Shown here: in pieces, positions 53,586 through 64,000 of the stretch | How positions within the stretch are numbered: position 1 is the stretch's first letter | Layout: each line of letters opens with the position of its first letter | DNA from: Trichoplax adhaerens | Lineage: Eukaryota > Animalia > Placozoa | Assembly: GCF_000150275.1 (NCBI RefSeq) | Contig: NW_002060955.1 | Coordinates: 288,886 to 352,885 of the forward strand | Direction of reading: 5' to 3' | DNA length: 64,000 nucleotides | The notes under the pieces: generated by a model | The model's database searches: none | What the model saw: only the letters and a program-made list of their open reading frames with translations | What the model was told of the DNA's origin: nothing | Program-made: the position numbers and the translations under genes

Positions 53586-53718
53586 TACAGTATCATTCTA
53601 CTATAGCTTTACTGTATTTTTAAAGAAAAATATGGCCCGAAAGTGACAAAATGTTATGAAACAGCCTGTACAGTACCACGTCTCTGGATACTAAAACTGG
53701 TTAACCTGTAACCAGATT

Positions 53719-54055
53719 TGGGTCCAGCAGGAGACAATGGGGTCCTTAACGTCACCTACAGTACCACGTCTCTGTACTGTACTCAGTGTACTGTACACTC
53801 TAATTTGGTTCGTCTACTGTACTGTATGGGTCCAGCAGGAGACAACGGGTCCGTAACGTCACCTACAGTACCACGTCTCTGTACTGTACTGTACACTCTA
53901 ATTTGGTTAGTCTATGGGTCCAGCAGGAGACAATGGGGTCCGTAACGTCACCTACGGTACCACGTCTCTGTTACACTCCAATTGGTTTCATCTAACGGTC
54001 CAGCAATCGAGAATGAGGCGAACTTGTGTAACGTCAAGTGCAGTACCACGTGTCC
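53719..54055. repeat. Tandem array of about 90-108 bp units (3 copies plus a diverged fourth)
   Basis: TGGGTCCAGCAGGAGACAA...TAACGTCACCTAC.GTACCACGTCTCTG at 53719, 53827, 53915; diverged copy at ~53997-54055. Confidence 0.9.
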
Positions 54056-55301
54056 ATGTCTGGACGCACTTGGATGAGCTGTGCTGTCCTCCGCTAAACC
54101 GATAGCTAGGCGATGGATGCGCTCTTTCCAACCTCCATGAATGAATTCATTTTGCATGAATTCTATTTTCATTACCAACTGTAAATCAAAGTGTTGTACA
54201 ACTTGTAGGCCAAGATACTCACTGATTGAACGATCGCATTTCCCATACTTCGATAATGTTTGGCGCATGAATTCAGTATAAAACCAATTAGAAACGAAAT
54301 GGGTCCGTCTATTGGACTGGTCGGATGATAAAATGATCGATGTTGGCCGACTGGCTCGACTTCAAAAGTTATGGACTAGACGCGTAGTTTATCATTGGAT
54401 GCATGTTCATTATTGTTTAATAGCGTTTTAGAGTAGTATCGAGGTTGGTGCATGCTTTCGGGCTGAGATTAAAGGTAAAGCTAGTCAGCAACAGCAGCAT
54501 TGCCCACAGAGTTGAACGAGTTTACTGTGCCTTGTGTTTTTGCCCATGGACCCTACTTGATGCATGATCGCACGGTCAAAGGGTTGCACTGGCTCTCTCT
54601 CAGCCAACATCATCTTGCATCCTTTTCAAATAAAGAAGTAAAACGAGACCAGGCCATAAAGATCTCCAAGGCGAGTAGCAATCTGGATGAGACAAGAGGT
54701 CAAGCAGTGCTCTAGTAGTACAGTAGTAGAGGCTTTCGCAATGGCTGTAAACAAACAGCTGTAGTACTGGTCAAAGCGGTCCATAGAAGCATGTTGACTA
54801 CTACTGTATGCTACGCTAACATACCGTAGCATACAGTAGTTGGACTAGGCACTCGTCACGGCTGATCTCATCACTCGACAGCCAGGGGCTATTGGCCAGT
54901 GGGCCAGTCAGTGTCCGCGCTCGCGGTTAAGGGTGTGCTGGTGTTTCCTTTCCAACAAAATGGCGAGCAAGTTCAGCGGGTTGTGCAATGTTTAGCCTTC
55001 AACAGACGATGCTGTAGGCCATCCATTTCCATCGATCTATACCGTTGCATGCACAAAATTAATAACTCAACCACTTGGCTAACTCAATTAGTGCACTTGA
55101 AGCTTGTATTCGTCTAGATTCCCTCTTGCAATTCTCTGCAGCCTAACGAACAGGAGCTAGACACTACTGCACTCGGCGTTTGAAAGCGTTCCGTTTCCAT
55201 TGCTAACTCCATCCATAAACCGAGATCGCTAAAAGAAATTGGAAATGAACATGATATCACCATGGCCTGGCTTGAGGCTGGGTAACCAGCCAAGTAAGAC
55301 T

Positions 55302-58297
55302 ATGTCTACAGCATTCTATGTCATTTTAGCGTTGGTTTTAGTCACATCTTGCTATGGCCAAGATGTCAAAGAACGTCAAGATCGTCAGGTAAGAGTTGAA
55401 TATGGAAATAGTTAGACCAGCAAGATTGACGTCTACTAGTGCCCATGCAATACTCGATCCTTGTTTCCAGAACGTTCGAGCTCAACAAGACTACAGTGAT
55501 ATACCTCTACTCCTCTAGACTTTAGAGAATATAATTGCTTAATCTTGCTATTGAACCTTTTAACCACCAGCAGTAGCGTCCAAGCATACGTAGGATTAGT
55601 CATGACTACTGTACAGTTATAGGCTGCCCATGGAAAATACTTCTAATAAACCTTGAATAGAACGATGATCCGCAAGCCGATCGATGAAACATTCCTACGA
55701 GGATCATATTCCATATCAAGTTATAATGATAAAGTAATCATCAATCAATCGGTTTGTGTTGAAAGCATTGCATGGCTTGAAATACAAATTATGAACTTGA
55801 TGCTTCCCAGTAAAGGTGGCATACATTACCATCACCAGTAATGCTTTCCAGCAATGGTGGCATAGTTTACTATCATCATTCTGCCACATCCGGGTTGAGG
55901 ATTGAGTAAAGCATCGGTAAATTGCTTGATTCTTTTACATACTGTATTACCATTAAAAGAAAACTAAAATGCGTACACCAAGCAAGAATGACAATCATAA
56001 TAATATAACGAATCAATCGATCAGTATTGAAATGTTGCAATACAAACCATCAACTGGACACGGTAGAGTCAATTAGTAATGGCGTGATGGATTCCATGTT
56101 CTCCAACAACGATGATAATGGCCGATACCAATGATTATATCAACCTGTATCATGAGAATACCGTCGTAGCTGATAGTCTAGCACAAGGAATAGTTGGCTT
56201 ATTAGTATTAATCTAAATGCAACTACTGCAATCAATTTCCCCTTCAAATCAACCGGTACATAGTCTACTCAAAGCAATACATTCAAAGAAAATTCACAGC
56301 GACATTCTCTTACCATACAGCACAGGACCTAAAAACAAATTTAACTTTCAAATTCACAAATGAATCCATGGGTGTAATACCTCGCGATGCTTCATTAGAT
56401 ACTAACTATGGACCATACAATAGTCAAATGGTGAATAACATGTTTTGTAACAGTGATGGCATAAACGCCCATCCTGCAAGATGAAAAATACCTTAATCGC
56501 TATCACTGTAGTAGTCTAAATAGTCATGCATAGGTGAACAAAATCTAACTTAGCTATCTTTCTATTCATTAATTATAGAAGGCCGAAATCGAAATACAAG
56601 AACAAATCGATGAGGCCATCAAAAACGGCAATAAACAGCAAAAAGACGACGATAACGATAAGGGAAATGATAAGGATAAACAAGATGAATCCAAGTCTGC
56701 CAATGATCGAGGATTTACACATGGTTTTGTTGCTTCCCTATCCATTATTATCATATCGGAATTAGGAGATAAAACATTCTTTATCGCAGCTATTATGGCC
56801 ATGAAATATTCACGTTTATCCGTATTCGGTGGTGCCATCTTTGCTTTAGCAGTCATGACAATCCTGTCCGCATTTGTTGGCCATGCTGCGGTTTTCATTC
56901 CTCGCAAATATACATATTATCTATCGACCTTGCTCTTTGTAATTTTTGGCTTAAAGTTAATAAAAGAAGGGTATTATATGTCATCGGACGAAGGCCAAGA
57001 AGAGCTAGAGGAAGTTTCCGCCGAGTTAAAAAAGCGAGAAGAAAATGTAATATTTCTCTTTTCAATTTTACTCTTTGCTTCAATCTTGAAAGTTATTCTA
57101 GATCCGTGTGTACAATACTTTTTTCCATTGCTGAACGAATCTCACATCTTATGCAATAATTGAAACGGATCCTACTGTAGATACAACTCATACAACAAAG
57201 TTTTGATGGATTGATTGATCGAATCATTCGATCGAGAAAATACGTACCTTACAACTACGACTAATTCTTATCCAAGACTTTTTACCACTTCAATACGTTG
57301 AGTCTTGCTTTCTCTAACATTGCGCCAACAGTGATAAACTTGGCGTATTCACAACAAATCACTCTTTTCCGTCAACTTTATGATATTAACCAACAGATTG
57401 AAAGAGTGACTTATAATCGAGATTAACTTTACTACTGTTGTGTAGTCATGATATATGTATGCCAATTCTATAGATACTAATGCAGTTATTAACGTGAACT
57501 CTCTGTTGACATTCGTTTACAGTAGATTCAATTTACAATCAAATGTTTCATAAGAACTTAGAATCGAAACCCTGTTATAATTGCTTGTATACGTGTTAAT
57601 TACAAATTAGTGATGTAACAAATTGACTAAATTGTAACTACATTTCAAAAAATGAATTCTTGCTTAGATGAATATTGAAGTTAGTGCTGCATCTACCGTC
57701 GATGTTGAATCTGGTGCTATCCGTGGAGCTGGAAGTCGCTTACGAAGGTACTTTCACCTAATTGTGTCTCCCATCTTCATCCAGGCTTTCGTATTAACTT
57801 TCCTAGCCGAGTGGGGAGACAGATCGCAAATCATGACGATAGTCCTAGCCGCCAGAGAAGTCAGTACTGTAGACTGCATTAAATAGAGCAGAAATTTGAC
57901 CTGTGCTATCATAGTAGCTAATTCGTTTACTTTATCTCTCCCACAGGATATTTCTGGAGTAACAATCGGTGGAATCTTAGGCCACATGCTTTGTACACAA
58001 CTTGCTGTTGTTGGAGGACGAATGCTTGCCCAAAAAATTTCAGTTAGAACAGGTAAAATTTTTAAATGGTAAATACATTTTTAGACGGCTTGGGTTAGCT
58101 TTATTGGAAATACTCTCTAAGTATTGTATAATTTGATCAATTAAGAATTAATTGTTATATCAATGGCAACTATCCGCCGTATACTTCTTACACCAGCTAA
58201 TGGCTGTCAATAACTTTCTTTAGTTACGCTGATAGGTGGTGTCGTTTTCCTGCTATTCGCAGCAACAGCATTATTTCAAGACCCCTCAAAGATTTAA
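55302..58297 (+). CDS. TMEM165: TMEM165/GDT1 (UPF0016) Golgi Ca2+/Mn2+ transporter
   Basis: Exons 55302-55388 (signal peptide), 56579-57046, 57668-57859, ~57947-58032, 58223-58297. Both signature motifs are present: SELGDKTF and AEWGDRSQ. Confidence 0.96.
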
Positions 58298-60307
58298 GGT
58301 TATACACAAGCTACGCTTGTCGGTATTGACTTTGCAATGAAAATTGAGTTGACTTTAGTTTCTTATCGTATCTTAAACCTCCTAAAAAAATAAATTCAAT
58401 ACAGTGGAAGTAATTTAAAATACGGAATTAAAAATTTTAGAATAACTCATCTGCTCAATAATGATGGGCCTGGATTGCACACCGATTAATTAATTATCGT
58501 TCTTATGAATCCGATGCATGTGTACAATTATTCGTGTTAGGTGCAATTAAGTAGAATTACTGTATATTTAAATAGGTACTCAACATGTCATTATTTACCG
58601 AATTATTATTGTTGTCCTTGTATTCCTTGTTAACTTCGACCTCTTATCTCAAGATACATTAATCATTTTTTTAATTACCCTTAGCTTGCATATGCTATCA
58701 GTTATTGTTAGCGTCCATAGCAACCGCTTGGAATTAAAAAATTTTAATGTTACAAAATTTTATATTAAATATAATGTTAGCAATGATGAATGAAGCAGAA
58801 TTGTGTAATTATGTAAAGAGAAGTAATCTGCGACTAACAGCATAACTCTAAAAGTCGCAAGACGAGGTAAGAGATGTTATAAAAAGGAGAGGTACATAGG
58901 TGTTGAGACATCCACAAACTTCTATTTTTTTGTAAAAGTCAATCTTAGGTTGATACTATCAACAATTATAATACATTGAGATAACAAAAATAAGAACACA
59001 TTAAATGAATTAGGTTGAAAATATGACAATATTGTAATAACTTGAAGCTTCATGATTTGTTTAGTGTTGCTGTGAATTAACTAGTTACAAAACCGTTGTA
59101 CTACTTTTGAATTTATCTATCTAAAATGTATGGTGTAGCAATAAAAGGCCTTCTTTATAAAGACAGAGACAACGTCAGAGCTTTCTAAATTATCAAACGA
59201 TTAGACTTTATTAAAGTAATCATTGCTGTCAACAAGATCGATGATTTGATACTAAAGTAATCGATAGTCTAGAATTATTAAAAGAAATCATACCCTAGTC
59301 TAACGTAATTAAAAGGAATGTCATTGAGTTGTCGTATGCAAATAATTCGCTCGTCTATGAAGGCGTTATAGTTCGATTTGGACTGTTCAATTTCAGTGCG
59401 CAATTCTTAAAGGAACATATTTCCAATTTGTTGCCTTTCAATGGTAAGGTATCTTTATAAAGTACAATATTTTTCGCGATATCATTTTCTCTCATCAAAC
59501 TACTAGATAGCAGTATAGTGCAATGTTAAAATGAATTCTAATCAGAACATGGTCTTACCAATTTCGAAAACTATGAAAGCACTATAAATTAAAATATCTA
59601 ATCTGAATAAGAGTCTCTAATTTTTTTCCCCATAATAGAGCTATAAATGATCATCTTATTTAATTTACAAATACATAATTTATTGATGCACATTAATAGT
59701 TCAAATAGAAGAAAATAATTAATTTTTAGTATAACAGTTGTACCACAAGCTTTACTTTAATTTATATAATCTTCAGTAGCGTCTATCCATGTAGGCGTAA
59801 TTTATTTTTATCCATGTCATTAATGTCAATACTAGAAACTGAAATGAATTATTGTATATAAATTTATCCTTCGGTTTGAACGATCCAAATAAAGAGACTA
59901 TTTTTGAAATAGCAGCTATACTGTACTCCGAATATCAGGTTATTCAACTGTAGACTAAATTTCGAGTATATCTACAAGGAAACATGTAAAAATATGAATA
60001 TAAGCTATTTGATTGAGAATATACGTAACAGCGTAATAGACATATACAAATTTGATATTGAGTTATTATTATTTGTAAATTTATTATCAAAATTTGATGG
60101 CGAATTAGTTTATGTTGAATGTTTTCGCTTCTACTGCAAAATCGTCCTGAAATTAAATATTCAAATGTTGACCAATGATACTTGGCGCAGTCGTATTTAT
60201 GCAATTAAATAGAATAGAGAGAGAGAAAAAGTCTGTGTTAGGTATACGCATACGTGTAGATATATAAATAATGCTGCTAATGGTATATAATACAGATATT
60301 TATTTAT

Positions 60308-62870
60308 TTAATGAGGCGTCGATGGATCAAGTGTTATTTGCTTCCCAGATGGCTTTAGAGTTGCTTTTGCTAGACACTTCTTTGGAGCTGGCAAGGAAAT
60401 CTCATCATCTGAGCTAGATATAGCATACTTTATCATTTTATTCCAATTTTTTGCATCTTGAGGTATCTGAGTCTTGTAGTAGACAACACTTAATGCAGAT
60501 CGACTAGCAAGATGGCATCCACGATAAAGGGGCGATGGTCGAATATCTCGCGGAAGGCAAGATCCTAAGGAAGCTCCAGTAGGAAGTATGCAGTCTATAT
60601 CTGCTGTGCATCTAACCCATTCGGTTACTAATTTGAAAGCATTATTACCAGAAAATATCAGAATGCGCGTATCAATCATAGGTAATAGTTGATAACTTTT
60701 AACGCTTTGATCGAGGGCTTTAATCATTCCAGGGTGTGTGAAAGCTGTCACTGGCTCAAACATTGTTCTACAAATCAATCCTGATGTTGTTTTGTTAGCT
60801 TCTCTAATTAATTTGTTGAATGTTCGCTTGACAATGACCTCCGGGTCCACATAAATAACTGAGCCGTAAGATTGCAAGTTAGGCTATAGTAGAGGAATGA
60901 TCAGGTAATAGATCAGTATGTTTACATCACGTATAAAACTACGCTATAATAGAAGTAATTCGAATGCTTGCGCAAGAGTCGATAATAAATAATTCTTCAT
61001 TTTAAAATTACTTTTTATCCCAGTATTTATCATATTCTGTGGAATTGAAAAGCAACTTTTCTTTTACAATATTACGAACATGAAATAAAGTCTTACCTTA
61101 ATAATAACTGATCTCCATGCTTCTAATTTCACATTTCTAAAATGCCTAGGATAGTTTGAGATAGGAAAGTCTACTAACTGAACATTGCAGTAAGTCCTGA
61201 TCTAAATATCATACAGAAAAGAGCAGATAGTAAACAATATTAGCCTGTATAAATTCGTCAAATTTCTATGTTGTTGCTGATTAGAAAATATTTACAACTT
61301 GTTACTATATTAACACAACTGCCAATTCAGTATTTGCAGGTTATCAAATTAAGTGATACTAGTTTGAAGATAAACTATGGTAGTATTGCATGAAAATCAA
61401 GACAAAACTTGACTGTTGGCATTCATGGGAATAGATAAAGCATTCGGCATTGTCATATATCACATAATTTCGATTTTAGCTTAATAAACTCTTATAGGTT
61501 CTAGCTTGTATCGGATATTACGTTATTTAGGTCAGTCTAGGTCAATCGATCAAGTAAAGATAGTATCAGATTCAATGTAATTTGAAGTATGGTATTATTG
61601 ATCCTATATAAGTAGAGCACCATATTCTACAAAATATCATTCTCTATATTTATCCGCGACAATTATCATATCATGACACAAATTTTAAATGATAAAAGTT
61701 CTAATAAATAGATTGTACTAGTAATAGCAGTGTCTTTCGTCATCTACTCACAACTTGATATAACTATCAGTATATCATTATAGCTTGATCAAGATAGGAT
61801 AGTCAGTCAGTGAGTTCATTCAATATCTACGATTTATAAAAAGTGCCACCTAATTACGCGCCCTAATATAATATCAATACCTTCGCTTTAGTAGCTGCTT
61901 TAAGTCCTAAGTCATAAATGATAATTTCAGTCAGGGGAAGAAATTTTTGGACCGATGCAATTAATTTATCAACCCGATGCACTTGTGATTCATCAATTGC
62001 TGTTACAACCGGCGTTAGGGTAGTGCTATCCATATTGGTTGATGAATGATTACTTAAATTGTTGATGTTAGTATTGGTCGTGGACGATTTACTATAGACA
62101 AATTCACTGGGATCCCATTTCCTTCCATTTAAAGTAATATTTGCAATACAACCTCGAAAATCGTGGGCTATAACGAATCGATGCAATTTAGAATAGAATC
62201 GTTTTGGAATACCACCAACGTAAAGACCAGATGTGCTATCCACTGCATGGACATGATGGGTATTTAATTGAGTTTTAACTAAGCGGATACCATCGACACT
62301 TAGCTCGGCAATAGCCCCTAAGCGACTAGCGTTAATCCAATGCCATTGGCCATCAGTCCATTGACCATTACCTGGAGCAGCAGTTAAGAGAACGGTTCCT
62401 TGTCCGGCATTGAAGATAAATTCTATTTTTCTCTTCCTTAATTGAATTGCTAGAAAATCCTTGGTTTGCATAGTTTTATCCGCTTCATATAACATAACGC
62501 CATTTCTTGAGAAGGTACGAAAATAGAAGGAATGTTGTGAGTAATATAAAGATCGCCAAGAAGTGATACGAATTCGATTCTTGTTAGGTAATACTAAACT
62601 TCCAGCACGAATACATTCATGCGGTTTAATTTCAGGATCGCGAATTCTTTGCGGTGCTTTCCATGGAAAAACGTAAATAAAAAATAATATTACCAAGAAT
62701 GAGAAAAGAATAATCCCTTTACGACGATTAGGTAATGCGATACTATGATTATTATTGGCGAGAAATGCAGAGATTTTATTCTTGGATTCGACCTTATTGG
62801 TATTTTTCAGTTTGAAATTACTAAATAACGTATTTGCCCGTGGTCGTGGAGATAATCTTGAATCACTCAT
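60308..62870 (-). CDS. Type II membrane protein with laminin-G domain and DUF1647-like (glycosyltransferase-like) domain
   Basis: Exons 62870-61881, 61201-61097, 60883-60308. TM segment GIILFSFLVILFFIYVFPW. LamG motifs FYFRTFSRNGVMLY, WTDGQWHWI, LYVGGIP, FRGCIANITLNG. Then VVTAIDES...IASVQKFLPLTEIIIYDLGL...YP...AWRSVIIK...VIYVD. Confidence 0.75.
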
Positions 62871-64000
62871 GTTTTGATCTTGTCTAGACTTTATTAGCAC
62901 CACATGTACTCGTAGGGTAGGATTTGATATAAAGGATGAATTCTAGTACAACATTGGATAGTCTTGCTAATCTTTTTTAAGTAGTATCTGTTGCTAGATA
63001 AGATTAACTAGTATAGACGATGGCTTATGGTTTTGAATAACGTTGAATAGGTCGCTACAGCGGGATACTGCTGGATAGCATGGCTCTGATCCGGCAAATA
63101 GTACATATGTTGTAACCTAAAGCAACAAGTTATTCTACTTTATACCGGTATATACTTTCTTTCAAGTAGCTGATTAGAAAGCTGATTAGATTCAAATCCA
63201 TATATAATTATAAGACAGAAAGATTGTCATGAATAATGATTCAGTCGTTGTAAAAAGTACGATATTAGACTAACCTTGAGCAGTATTTTGATAGAACTGC
63301 TTTAATTAATGATGATAGCACTTGAGGTGATACCAAGCAGGAGAGAAGTTTTCTTACCTTACTAAATAGATTAATAGGATAACTCTAGTTTGGTAAATCT
63401 GTTACCGCAGTTTGCATCACTGTAATAAACAGATGATGAAGGTAAGAAATAGATAACCAATAAAACGATAGATAGAAATGACGTTGAAGCAACATATGGA
63501 GCTACTAAATAGTATTGTTGAGCATCATTCAATACCGCTTGTATTATTACGATCAGGCAAGATATTCTAATTCATGTTAAATAAAATTAATTTGATATTC
63601 TATTCTTTAACAGTGCATCGATTCGTATAGGCTAACCGATTGTATTTGCGGTTAAAAGATAAATATCATTATTGAAAATTTATAAATGTATCTATCCCAT
63701 GCTAAATATTGATACGCGTTAAATAAATGAATAACAACCAAAGAAGTTCCTATTAATTCTATTTTTTTTAACCTTCTTTAAAGCCTTTATGCCTAATTAA
63801 AATTCTATTTATAAACTACTATTCGTACTATGGCACTTTTTTGTAGTCCAAAATGCGTAGGATAAGCACTCCGTCAAAACATACGAATCTATGTGCAAAT
63901 TGGATGTACCTAATTACGTCATGGTAGAAAAAAAATCCGATTTGGACAGGAAATGGTTTAAGATATATGAAATCGATCGGACGATTCTCCATTTTTTCTC

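Noticed and set aside
52808-54055. CRISPR-like repeat-spacer array
   Set aside because: Whole units repeat with no unique spacers, units are far too long, there are no cas genes and the context is eukaryotic.

Overview
AT-rich, gene-dense animal genomic DNA with many short GT-AG introns; most likely a placozoan such as Trichoplax (inferred from compactness, composition and protein similarity as I recognise it, not verified by search). Most real genes are split into exons and were assembled by eye. In order: 3' end of an alpha-arrestin (+), CNBD2-like two-cNMP-domain gene (-, apparently with two alternative first coding exons), NDUFA2 (+), RPS3A (-), NRF1 with intron-free CDS (+), a solitary 5S rRNA gene, two convergent intron-free F-box/ankyrin paralogues, RPL31 (-), acid ceramidase ASAH1 (+), Jade-family PZP gene (-), TMEM165 (+) and a LamG + DUF1647-like membrane protein (-). 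The most striking unexplained structure is non-coding. Nearly every housekeeping 5' region carries dense, often palindromic TACAG/CTGTA (GTAC-centred) repeat clusters. These are embedded in local duplications, a nested fold-back element and a higher-order hairpin array, and they are almost absent from the first 16.5 kb. No CRISPR array or prokaryotic system is present.
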